From Elsinoe ampelina (Eukaryota), in assembly GCA_010093995.1 (NCBI GenBank), contig ML992505.1, forward strand, positions 1,817,533 through 1,881,532: a stretch of 64,000 nt of DNA. Reading direction: 5' to 3'. Shown in pieces: positions 49,165-60,446 of the stretch (the first letter of the stretch is position 1; each line of letters begins with the position of its first letter). The translations under genes and the position numbers were made by a program. Under the pieces are notes generated by a model. The model did no database searches, was not told the origin of the DNA, and saw only the letters and a program-made list of their open reading frames with translations.

Positions 49165-49561
49165 AGTGATGCTCCGTGGTAGAAATGGTGGTAGACGATG
49201 TTGTGGTGGTGTAGGGGCAGAAGAGAGCATTGTCTAAAGTGGTGCGCGTCGAAAAGCGCGTCGCGATTCGAGTAGGGAGAGATCGACGTCACTTTGCGCC
49301 GTTGATGGACTGCAGGTGCGATGTCTGATTGCTCGCTACTCTTCCATACAAGAATATTTGAGGTGCAAACTTCTGTGGCTAGCTCAGCTTGTGTATAAAA
49401 ATATCGGACACCAAGTCTTTTCCATACAGATCAGGTTGGTGACGCAGTATGACCATTTTAATGCTCCTTTAGCACTTTCAACAGCCCCGCAGCCCGGCGG
49501 CTCCGTATCTCTGCTGTTCTTGTCCGTACCACACGTATCACTCTTCTTTATATCTGCATCA

Positions 49562-50710
49562 ATGGCGGTCCGCGAGGCGAGCCATGCTGGCTCTTGGTAC
49601 ACAGCATCAGGCTCGCAATTGTCTTCACAGCTTGACGGGTGGTTGAACGACGTCAAGACGCCGGTCAAGGGCATCGGGCAGGCATCATCATCCGCCGTAT
49701 CAGAGGATACACTCCCAGTCCCTGGAGCAAGAGTGATCATTGCACCGTAGACTCGCTCCATATTCCCATGATACCGGTATACTGACTACCGCCAGACACG
49801 CCGGGTACTCCTACTCTGGTCCAGCAGCGGCCTGGGCATACAAGTCCTGGGACCTCTCAGAGGCGTATGTACATCGGCACACAAGTATTGGGACCCGGAA
49901 CTGATTCGAATAAGCAAGCGAGTCTTCCTCCTCGGACCTTCCCATCACTTCTATCTCACCAATGCTGCCCTCTCCAAATGTGCACAATACGAGACTCCCC
50001 TCGGCAACCTCACCATCGACCGCGCCACCACCGAAGAGCTCCACAAGACCGGCGCCTTCACCTACATGGCCAAAGATGTAGACGAAGACGAGCACAGTCT
50101 CGAGATGCACCTCCCGTACATCTACAAGATGCTCTCCAAGTCAGACCGCTGCCCTCTTCATTTTTTATCTGAAGCTAACCTCTGCAGAACCTTCTCCAAC
50201 TCTTCCTCCTTTCCCCCACTAGTACCCATAATGGTAGGCAATACCTCCGCCACCACCGAGCGCTCCCTCGGCCATGTCCTCGCCCCTTACTTGGCCGACC
50301 CGTCAAACGCCTTCGTCGTCTCCTCCGACTTCGCTCACTGGGGAACCCGGTTTCGATACACCTACTACGTCGACGCATCAGGGCAAGCTCGTTCTCTACG
50401 TGGAGGGGAGAAGGATCTCAAAGAACCCGCTATCCACGAATCGATCCGCCAAGTGGACTTTGAGTGCATTGATGCGTGCGAGACGGGGAAGCATCAGGCT
50501 TGGTTGGATGTTTTGGGGGAGACCGGGAACACGGTCTGTGGGAGGCATCCGATTGGGGTTGTCATGGCGGGGATTGAGGAGGTGGTGGGTGGCAGTCAAG
50601 GGGTCAAGGGTGATGGGAAATTCAAGTTTGTGAGGTATGAGAGGAGTAGTCTGGTCAAGAAGGTGGCGGATAGTAGTGTGAGTTATGCGAGCGCTTATGC
50701 TGTGCTCTGA
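49562..50710 (+). CDS. MEMO1: MEMO1/Mho1 (AmmeMemoRadiSam B) family protein; introns 49747-49795, 49865-49914 and 50140-50187
   Basis: [63 protein letters not shown] and DSSVSYAS. Confidence 0.93.
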
Positions 50711-50819
50711 TGAGAACGACGGTATGAGGACCTATATACTATAGGTACATAACCAGTCTATAGCTTGAAAGAATCAATTGATTTATTCTAGTTATTAATA
50801 TCCTAGTTAGAATACAGGA

Positions 50820-53800
50820 CTAGTTCTTAGTCTCTACTGCCCTCTGAAGTAGAAGGATTGAGCATTGATGGTCTTGTCCACCAAATACAGAGGCAACTAA
50901 AGCAGGCCGGAGAGCAGGACTGAAGACCGAATTGAATGCGTCGGCTTGTTCTAACCGAGACAGAGACAAGGCGAAGACCTGGGCAAACGTATTGCCGAAC
51001 GGATCGGTAATGGTGCAGACCATGGGAAGATACGGTTTTGCCTTGTCCTTTGCGTTTGAAAAGTAATGAACGTCGGGGGTCTGGAAGAGTCCGTCAAAGT
51101 CGGCAGGCGCGAGTACAGTTTGCAGTGCAGTCGAGGGCACAGAGTCGAATTTCAGCAATCGAACACGAGAAATGCCGAATTTGTCGATTGTGTCGGGGAA
51201 AATATAGAAACCTCTTCGGAGGACATCAAATGTCAGTGGCGCGTCAAGGTCCAGTGCGGTGCGTGGCAAATGCTTCAGTGGGCTGCTAGCCGGAATCCTG
51301 TCGGTGAGGTCTGTCTGGTTCGTGATTCTGACGTCTGGCTCTTTCCACAATGGCCCAGCAGTGGTCAGGTTCTTGAAGCCAATTGCCAGGGTCCGGTCGC
51401 TAATCATCAGCAGATCTCCGCTGGCAGTAGCCGTGAGGTATTTGTTCTGTGATCCATCTTTCACGATATAGCCACCCGGCGGCATTATCGACAAAGTATT
51501 CTCTATTGCTTTGTCTTCGAATTTGTTCGAGGTTTTGTTGCCGGACTGGCCGACTCCAAGGCAGCCTTTAACCAGTGGCGGAGATTTCCATTCACTGAGT
51601 TTCCACTCTTCAAAATCCAGCATCTTGAGAGAGACGGCGTTCGTGACCTTGATACCCCATTTGACTCCGGAGCATTTGGGCTCCTCTTCGGCTGGCTTGT
51701 CGGTCTTTGGCATCTCGTCGGTGGCCACGCCATCGATTTCGTAGACGCCTTCTACACGAACGCCAGGTTTGTCGATGAGCTTCGCTTGATATGTCTTGCC
51801 CAGTAGGGGAATGTTGAAACCAGCACCAAGGCTAAATGGAATGCCTATGTCGGCGGCAACACCAACCTCGCCACTGATCTGGAAATACTTCTTGACCTCG
51901 AGCTGGTCAAAACCTCGAGCATAAGAATTACTTGGTTGTTTAATGTCAAACAAGACCGAGTAATTGTTGAGCTCGAGTCCGACTCCAGCCAGGATTTGGC
52001 CTTTGGCGAATACACTGGCAGTGAACTCTGCATCTGCCCCAATGGTCGGGCCGACTGCAAGAATGCCGGGAACTGAGATGAACGGGACCGGTATCGTCTT
52101 GGGCGCGAGAAGCTGCTTTTCGTACTTGCGGGTTGTGTACGTCCCCTCGAACTCGAGACCGAGGCTGACACCAAGACGCATGCTACCCTTGAGACCAACT
52201 TTGAGTTCCCTGACGCCTGACTTGATGGATATGTCCGCAACGCCCCAAAACTCGGTCTCGGCATGGAAACCGCAGTCGACACACCAAGCCTTGAAGTTGA
52301 CCTCCTTCTGACCTTTGCCGTCGCCTGAAGTACCGGGGGTCTTTGTCGTACTTGTGCTCTCTTTCTGCGGCCCATTATCCGGATACTGAGCGAGTAATGC
52401 TGCGGAACCCCAGGGTGATTCGCCCGTATTTGCAGGCGCAAGATCAATCCTGAATTTACCCTTGCCGAGATTTCCTCCCATACCGATCAATGCTGCAGCA
52501 GTGTCGTATGCGCTCTGGACGATTTCTCTGATTGCATCCGACTTCTTTTTGATGGCGTCCCACACCCTTTGCCAAGGATACACTGGGATCTCAACCTGCT
52601 TCTGAAATCTGTTTAAGAAGAGCCTTGTGTTGTACCAAGTATATGCGTCCATGGCGTCCTTCAAATTGGTTGCACGTTCGTGGGAGTCCCGGTATCGTAT
52701 GCCATACTTGCGGTCGAGAGTGTCGCCGAAAGCCTCTGAGCACGGATTGACGACTGTGACTCCTTTATTCTCGGCCTGGTCATACTTATCACACCAATTT
52801 CTGTCCTTGATTTCCAGCGACTTTGTAGCTAGGGCTTGTGTTACATTGTCCGTAGAGCCTAACCAAGTTCAATATGACTCTGAGAATGGACCTCCAATTC
52901 ACTTACCCCAGACGAAACGGGCATCGGATATGCCCTGTTGTGTAAGGATTTCATCGCCAACGAACTTGATGTAGCCGTATTCCGCATTGTCGTACCATTT
53001 GATATCGGCTGAGAGTTTCCCGAGCCAATATGCTCTAGTCTCGTTCTTTGTCGACGCGCAGTCGTCGCCATTGAAAATAACCACCATGTTAGCCAAGGGT
53101 CTCCAATGCCGCTCGACAAGATCGAAAGCCTCCTTTTTCGTGACGATAAGTTCAAGCGTGTAGTTGAGATTGTCTGCATCAAACTTTCTGAAAGAGCACT
53201 TCATGTCTCTCAAGTAGTCGCTGTTCTCGATCAAGACGGTCGGGTACGTGAATTGTGCGTTCATCTGGACGAACAATTTTTTGGCATATGGATTCGAGTT
53301 CCATGACTTTTCCGCATAATAGAGCGCGCTACTGTCCTGAGGAATGAGATTTTTCATGTCTTTGGGGTCGATATCGCGATTGAGTACCGGAATTAGGGTG
53401 GCAGTTGGCGCGGCAGACTGAGAGGCTGATGTTGCAACGGGATCCATCCCCTCTGTTTGGGTTTCGACCGTGATTGTAGGCGCTACCGACGAGGTTGTGG
53501 TAGTCTCCGCTGAGTTTGTCATTGGCGAGGTTGTAGTGAGTGAAGTGGTTGAAGTTGCCGACGCAGACGTAGTCCGGGGAGATTTCATGAACTTAGTACA
53601 CACTGTGCTAAGGGCGGCATCGATTCGCGCCTGACTGGGATCGTTCTCGAAGCAGTACTGTAACACCCACTCGGGATATCTGGTATGGGTCTTGGTCCTA
53701 GTGAACTGGCCGCAGTACTTTGTTGCCCGAGCAGGATTCTCCTCAAATGCAGCTCTGATTTTTCCATTGCAGAAAGGTTGGACAGCTTTTGGTGGAGCAG

Positions 53801-53852
53801 CCGCTGCTAGGGCTACTAAGCAGACTTGAAGAAAAATTGCGATGCTCAACAT
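50820..53852 (-). CDS. Large secreted protein of unknown function (~994 aa, DUF7029/DUF7223-like); intron 52859-52906
   Basis: Signal peptide, small Cys-containing N-terminal module, Thr/Ser linker and a beta-rich region with WCVDCG and ISVPGILAVGP. A GTAAGT...TAG intron joins the two long ORFs in frame. Confidence 0.7.
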
Positions 53853-54412
53853 GATTATGGCTTGCTTAGAAGAAACAGAGGCTTGAGTAGGAGCGCAAGC
53901 AGAGCATAAATACCTTTAAGCAAAACCTGCTGAAGGATATGTATTACTTGGAGGGGAGCTACATGTGTTCAGCCAAGTCAGCGTTTGAAATCAATTTCAA
54001 CTGTAGTATTAGTCGGGATTGAGTATTGGTATAGGATGCTTTCAAAACGCGTCCGTAGAGGCTAAAGAGACATTGGCTTGGCAACAACGATACGAATGAA
54101 GCTTTGAAAATGGAACGGTGAGAATCATAGCAATGATGACCTTCCTGTTCGTGTATATGACCGTTGCGGCGCAATGCTGAGGGCATATATGAGGCACAGG
54201 ATAAGGAATATCCTTCCTTAGCGCCCAGTCGACCGAGACTATGAAGATACAGTAAGTAAGATATGCGTCTGAATTTCGACGCATGTGCTTCGGCTAGGCG
54301 CATTTCTTTCCATATACGCCAGATGCGAGGGTTGCTAAGAAATTTGTAGTCATCCGAGAGATGGGCGCCTGACAGTCGATATCGGGCTCTACACAATCGT
54401 GAGCGGTCTAGG

Positions 54413-54514
54413 CCTCAGTGAAGCCGAGTCGTTAGCTATAGAACTTACACCTCGGTGAAGCCGAGTCGTTAGACACAGACACAGAACTCACACCTCAGTG
54501 AACCCGAGTCGTTA
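54413..54514. repeat. Three tandem copies of a 22-bp core CCTCRGTGAASCCGAGTCGTTA
   Basis: Copies start at 54413, 54450 and 54493. The linkers are related to each other (AGAACTYACA). Confidence 0.85.
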
Positions 54515-54742
54515 AGCTACAAAACGTTTACGGTAGATGCACATTTTGCTAGTCCCCTTTCTCGAGCCTCCACAATGCTCATTGATCTCCGTTTGGAAGA
54601 CTTGACGGCCTTCTGAATCAAAGAGGGGGCCCCGTGACTTGATGAACTCTGATGCCCCAGCATGCTTATTTTTTGGGGGGGTATCCCAGTGAATTGGCGG
54701 CAATTTCACGCCTTTGTTGCTTGGAACGTATATCATTGACAT
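54512..54742 (-). other. Possible 76-aa orphan ORF
   Basis: CAACCATG start context and an upstream branch/acceptor (ACTAAC...CAG, ~54810-54826). No recognisable domain. Confidence 0.2.
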
Positions 54743-54974
54743 GGTTGAAACGCGATGAACACAATGGGAAGAGAATCATCATAATCTACCAAGAATTGAG
54801 AGAGTTATTGCTGGTCAAAGGTTAGTGAAGAGGTGTTAAGGTAGGGAAGTTACGGAGTGTATACCGGTTAATTTGGAACAAGCGTGCCTCCTCCTAAGCG
54901 AAGCAAAACACAGACCATTCTTAAAGGCTTTAAGATTCCGTGTATACAGACAGTCAATGCATACATTAGGGGTA

Positions 54975-55330
54975 GGGCGACTATAGAATTACACTATACT
55001 ATCTATTCTTTTAATATTCTATTTTACTAAATGTCCTTCTTTAATAAATTACTATATTATTAATTCTATTATTATTACTAGTATTACTACTCTATGTCTT
55101 ACTCTACTACCTCTACTTTCCTAATCTATTACTCTATTAACTAGACTCTCCTCCTCTATTACTTATAATCTAATTACCTCCTTATTCTAATAAACTATTA
55201 ATAGTATATATATCCTCTATTCTTTCTTATTTCTATAAAAGTCCCTACTTTCTAGCCTATTATATACTAGCGTATCCTTACTGACCTACTAATTACTATC
55301 TAAATGTCCGACTCTATTGGCGGCAGCCTC
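54975..55330. mobile_element. Heavily RIP-mutated repeat relic
   Basis: Abrupt AT-rich, TpA-saturated tract depleted in CpA/TpG, with stops throughout the frame continuing from the adjacent ORF. The family is not recognisable. Confidence 0.75.
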
Positions 55331-55419
55331 CTATGTAGCCTTCCTTACGTCTAGGCCTGACATGATATAGTCCCTGATTAGATCTCGCGCCCCCTTTAGA
55401 CTAGTCGCGCCCCGGCCCG

Positions 55420-55977
55420 TTACCCCCTGGTGCATGGGTCGGCGCTAGCGCCATGGGAAACCTCGAAGTATTTCAGCCAGGCGCCCTCCTTGAAGAAGCG
55501 CTGGCAGAGGCGACCGTCGCTCCATGGCTTCTGCTGGTCATAGGCAGCATACGACTCAGCTGACGGCCGACCGCCGCGACTCCTAGGGTTGTTCCAGCCG
55601 CGTACGGTGTGGCAATGGTTCTTCATGACCTTTAGTGAGATGCAAGCGTACCTGCACCTCTGCCCATCGGTCTGCTGGGCTGTACAGGCGCGTGCGCCAG
55701 GGGACACTGTCAAGCCTGCGATCGGGGGCTCGTCAGGGGTTGGGTAGGAGACCGCCTCGAGGCTGCGAGCTAGCCTATCGCCTGAGCCTGTCACTGCCGC
55801 CTCAATCGAGCACCGCACGGCGTGATCCAGCTCGGCGTGGTGTTCCCTCAGGTGCGCATGGATGTGGCCCGGCACGACTGCATACTTGCGCTTCCCGCAG
55901 ACTATGACGCGGACGCGGGTAAGATTCTGCGAGTAGGCCTCGAGCACGTCGCCAGGCCAGAGCGTAGCGGCCGGCAT
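55420..55977 (-). mobile_element. DUF3505 (OrsD-like) zinc-finger ORF, as found N-terminal in fungal RecQ-helicase-associated repeats; truncated
   Basis: VIVC...KYAVVP.HI.AHLREHH...YP...PPIAGL.V...C...C.Y.C.S...MKNHC...GW.NPR.RGGR...PW...CQRFFK.G...YFEV. GC-rich and runs into RIPped DNA. Confidence 0.7.
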
Positions 55978-56299
55978 GTTGGGCACAGTACGCAGACGGC
56001 GCGAGCGTAGACAGGCGTAGTGCAGGGGAGCTAGCAATTGCGACGGCGGTGCCCCGGGGCAGCGTAGGAGTCCGTTATGGGAACGACACGTGTGTAGCGC
56101 GCGTAGCACACCTACAGCAGAGCATAGATCGATGCAGTCTCACGTCAACGCGGCCGACGCGACGACTCGCATAGCAGCGCGCGCGCGAGGTCCGCGAGGT
56201 GGCAGCGGGACGGAAGATGGGGGCAGGATGCGATTCGGGGCAGGGTGCAATTCGGCATGGGAGTGAGACCTGGGTCGACAAAGATACCGCTCTGGGACG

Positions 56300-56640
56300 T
56301 CATGTATCAGTATCCCCAAATCTCCCGTCGTTGTTGATGAGATCTCGGAAGAGTTGGCGGAAAGGAGACTTCAATGCCGGCAGATCGTGATAGTGGGCAA
56401 GACCTGCCGCATAGGCCATGGTTGCGAGCTGGTAGCGGTACCCTTCGAGCGACTCCTGTCCGGAGTCCAGAGATCCCATGTTGCGCCATTCTCCGTCTAT
56501 TTGAGTTGCATGGTTGTGGAAGTGTCGGAGATGTCCAGCCTGCTCCTGGGTGATCTGTTCTCTACACCCTTTCGTTACGTATGAGGGTAGTCTCGCGAGT
56601 AACTTCTCCGCTGGTTGACATGGTGTTGCGAACGAGCCAT
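56300..56640 (-). pseudogene. 5' fragment of a fungal linalool dehydratase/isomerase-like gene
   Basis: EQAGHLRHFHN...DGEW.NMGS...GQE.LEGYRYQLATMAYAAGLAHYH.LPAL, then a frameshifted RREIWGY* and loss of similarity. Confidence 0.75.
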
Positions 56641-56999
56641 ACCCGATGCTTCTCTCAAATGTATCGAGGTGCGGCATGAGGTTTCAATTCCTGCGCTGCC
56701 TTTGCTTGTGGTAAATGAGCTTTCGTTGCAGCAGCACTCCTCTGACCACAGTGCTGTAGAACCCGATGTCTGACCACATTGGACGAGGCAGTCCCAACGA
56801 TGGTCCAGTGGCCAGATGCTCGCAATCTGCAGATAGCAAGAGCGAGAGTGAACTCGATCAGCAGCATGGATAGACTGTGTATCATCATGGGTCAGGTGCT
56901 CGTCTGCTTGACTCGTTGGCTTCGGTACGTTACCAATGCTAGGCGTCAAGGCATTGGCCACGCAATTGCCGTCGGGCGCGGGACATCCGAAATGCTTGA

Positions 57000-58539
57000 T
57001 GAGCAACCCCGAAGGACCCACACGTGGTTGGAGCTTGGACTTCGGTCGTTCTTCGGGGCCACCTGCAACCGCATATCTCTTTAGGTCGCCCAGCCGCTGG
57101 AAAGGCTGTCTCAGTAGCCAAATGTGGAGCCAAACTAGATGCCTCGGTGACTTGGCATCATGTTTGACCATCCTCTTGCTCTGTACAACAAAGATTGCTC
57201 GGATCAGTCGCTGGTCCTTGAATGTATGTGATCGGAACGTCTCGGCTTGTGATGAGTGATGCACCCGATGTGCTCCACACCTTAGCCGGGTAGAGAAAGT
57301 CGTAGTGTGTCCTCGAGCCCTATATTGTTGTTGCGTTAGTGGCTTTGATCGACAGTGGATCGGCATGAACATATTCACAAGATGCGAGTTGGATAGCAGA
57401 GCTGAGCATGCAGTAGTTCCATATGTCAAGGTGGAGTAGAGTACTGAAGCAGGTACATACCTCATCGGTGATCGAAAACAAGCCCGATACGCGGATATTC
57501 TCACAGCATGATTGATGGATACTTTTTGGAGTTGCGGATGAAAGGCTCCACGATGTCAGCACGACGCTGATAGTGATAGCGCAAGTGGCGAGATTGATAC
57601 CTGAAGATGAGCTGAGAAAACGTTTGCATACGCTGCCATTGTTGGTCAAATGCCCATACTAGACCAATTAGCCAACAAGAATCCTGTCGAGCGTTTTCTG
57701 AGCTGGAGTCAGCTCAGTGCCCCCAGCTTCGCAACAGTCAAGTTCGCCCGGGAGCGCGTGGCCGAAAGGCTCTCCTCACCAAAGACTCTCAAAGTCGGAG
57801 AGGAGCCAGAAAAGCCCGACTTGCTGGCCCATCTGATGCTGTCCGGTCAGAAGCATCCCAACGTTCTGACACAGAAGATGATCACAGCTCAGGCGACAAG
57901 CATTGCCTTTGCAGGGTCTGATAACACTGCAATGACCATTACCGCGATTATCTACTACCTGCTCAAGAATATCAACGGCTACAAACGTCTCATGCAAGAG
58001 TTGGAGGTTGCGGCGAGCGAAAGGCAATCTGCCTACCGACCCCAGCAAACCTCCGACTTGAGCACAAGCTCAGAAGCTCACCTATTTCAACGCATGCGTG
58101 GAAGAGGCACCAAGGCTTCACCCGTCTGTAGGAGGGATTCTCGAGCGTGTTACACCTCCTGAAGGGGGCCCAGATCTTAGGCACGTGGTATCCAGGAGGT
58201 ACACTGGTTGGGTGCAACGCGTGGATCCTACATCATCGACCCGAGATCTTCGGCGACGATTGTGCGTCTTTCCGACGAGAGCGTTGGATGAAAGGTAGTT
58301 CAGAAGCGCTAGCGAAGATGAAAAGCTGTTTCTTCGCCTTCGGTGCTGGGTCCAGGGTCTGTATCGGTCGAGCTATCAGTCTGCTGGAAATCGGAAAGCC
58401 GCTGCCCCCTCTGTTAAGGAACTTCGACCTGCACCTACAAGACCCGGCGAGAGATTGGACACTATACAATGATTTCCTGGTCAAACAGCATGGCGTGGAC
58501 GTCCGCTTTACGAGACGCGCTGCTGTTGGTACTGTGTAG
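57000..58539 (+). pseudogene. Cytochrome P450 pseudogene (pisatin demethylase-like); 5' boundary approximate
   Basis: YAAIVGQMP, I-helix FAGSDNTA, ExxR (EAPR), degenerate PERW (RRERW) and heme loop FGAGSRVCIG. Frameshifts near 58055 and in the G-run 58164-58168; the 5' half is degraded. Confidence 0.88.
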
Positions 58540-58995
58540 CTTTGAATGTTTCCCAATCAACGTGTACCTAGTCTGATCGTGTACGACGCGCGTCCTTCAA
58601 ATGGGTCATGTCAAGCGACGCACAAGGCAGGAAATGATGATGGAGGATGGACGCAGGTCAAAGTATCCATGTCATCGCGGCGTTGTTGCCAAGGCCGAGG
58701 TGACCGCAGCCCTTGGCGCATGCGGCTCTGCGGATGCGGCCTTCGCATATGATAAACAAACGGTTGTCACTGAGCTGACTTGGCACAAACGATACACTTC
58801 AACTTTGCGCCTGCGCTGTCTCTTGCTCTTACTTTCGTTCGACTGGCATGAAGTTCTTCGGTGTACGCTAGACGTCCAGATGCCCAAACACGAGCGCGAG
58901 GAGCGGCACCTTGCCCGCCAACGAGGTGCAGGGTGAGTGACGCAACGTACCTCACACGTAGAGGCCAACCGCTGAGTAGCACTAGCAAACCCGGC

Positions 58996-60201
58996 ATGAC
59001 TGTACCTTCGTTTGGCTTCGATTTCAAGACGGTCGCGCAGAGGACTTTGGCAGGCAGAGCAGCTGTGAGCAAGCCTAGGTCACCAATCAAAAAGACACCA
59101 GTGCGGCGGAGAAAGTCCATTATATACAAGACAGCAGCGCAAAAGACACTGCCATCCGCGGAGCGCGCTCCAACGTTGCAGATCGACAAGACCCGAACCC
59201 CGAAGAGCTCAGCTCCGAGAAGCGCGAAGAAGAGGATCAGCTCGATACACAAACCATTGCCTCCACCTCCTCCCCAAGATGATTTACCGGAGCCTGTCAG
59301 GTCCCCGATCAGAAAGGCAAAGTTCTATGAGCACTTGTCAGAGGACGAGCCGGCCGCTCCATCAAGACTGAAGAAGCCTAAGAAGACCACCAAGCGCAAG
59401 CGGAAAGGCATAACCATGCCACGGCCTGGGAGGACAAAGGTGAAGAAGACTACGTCGCAAGAGCCTCAAGAAGCAATACCAGCGGACCCTGCAGATATTG
59501 TGCAAGACTCAGAGCCTGAGCAGGAGATCAGAACAGACCGAGGGTCGGTAAAGCGGAGGCATGCTGGACCGTCCAGAGAAGTAGATCAGGATCATGAGGC
59601 GAAAAGAGCCAAGCTCCACAAGCCCAGACAGGACCAATTACCAACACCCAGGCCGTCAAGCGAGGCGCAGAAGGAACCACAGCAGCTACCTAGTCCTGTC
59701 GGGTCAGGCCAGAGCAACATGGAATCTCCTCCGAAAACGACCATGCAGAAATGGGGCAGAGCGGCGGCGAAGATACTCGGGCGTCAAAAGTCAAGCAGCA
59801 CTCTGAGCAAGACCAGCACAAAGACGTCCGACAAGGATGATCGATCGAGTACAAAGACAATCGGCGTTGGGGCAAGATTGTTGAGCAAGACACGTGATGA
59901 CAGAACACCCATGCAGCCACCTCCGAGTCGGGTACACAATCCCGCGAGGATGAAGACAGCACCACCAGATGAGCTATTGAAGAAGGACCAGATTCATAGA
60001 CATAAGCCAGGCACACCTTCAAGTCTCGACGAGCCAGCCATCAATCGTCAAGTGGTCAAGACGACGCCGACCAAGGTAGACCACGCGGCGAAACCAGTCC
60101 GGCTGGAGGAGGATGGAGACTTCATGTTCAGAAGGGGTGGTCGACGGAAATTAGGATTGAATGATGGCGGTTATGGTCGCGATGAAGCCATGAATGTATG
60201 A
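58996..60201 (+). CDS. Hypothetical Lys/Arg/Pro-rich disordered protein, probably nuclear, ~401 aa
   Basis: Long open frame from the ATG at 58996 with NLS-like KKTTKRKRK. No recognised domain. Confidence 0.6.
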   Translation: MTVPSFGFDFKTVAQRTLAGRAAVSKPRSPIKKTPVRRRKSIIYKTAAQKTLPSAERAPTLQIDKTRTPKSSAPRSAKKRISSIHKPLPPPPPQDDLPEPVRSPIRKAKFYEHLSEDEPAAPSRLKKPKKTTKRKRKGITMPRPGRTKVKKTTSQEPQEAIPADPADIVQDSEPEQEIRTDRGSVKRRHAGPSREVDQDHEAKRAKLHKPRQDQLPTPRPSSEAQKEPQQLPSPVGSGQSNMESPPKTTMQKWGRAAAKILGRQKSSSTLSKTSTKTSDKDDRSSTKTIGVGARLLSKTRDDRTPMQPPPSRVHNPARMKTAPPDELLKKDQIHRHKPGTPSSLDEPAINRQVVKTTPTKVDHAAKPVRLEEDGDFMFRRGGRRKLGLNDGGYGRDEAMNV

Positions 60202-60446
60202 TACCCTGTGCAGGATGTGCCGCGAGATAGACCAGCCTGCAGCCAAAAGTGTGATGTTTGAAAGTCACAACGCCACCGCTGTTTTTTTCTCCAGCTTCAG
60301 ACTTTTTCCATATTACTTCTCACATTATATCATGCCATCCACAACCCATCTACGACACACGTTCCCTCTTCATTATTTCCCCCTCTCTCACATCTCCTTG
60401 TAGATATCCATTCACCCCATCAACCCCGTGTAACTCCCAACCCACC

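Noticed and set aside
54413..54514. CRISPR-like repeat-spacer look
   Set aside because: Eukaryotic context, only three units, the short linkers resemble each other, and there are no cas genes. It is a tandem repeat.
54961..56307. ATACAT/ATGTAT inverted hexamers at the ends of the DUF3505 segment as terminal inverted repeats
   Set aside because: Only 6 bp and not extendable, so compatible with chance.
56575..57504. 309-aa minus-strand ORF
   Set aside because: It overlaps the degraded P450 5' region in antisense, starts at a non-ATG codon and has no protein-like motifs.
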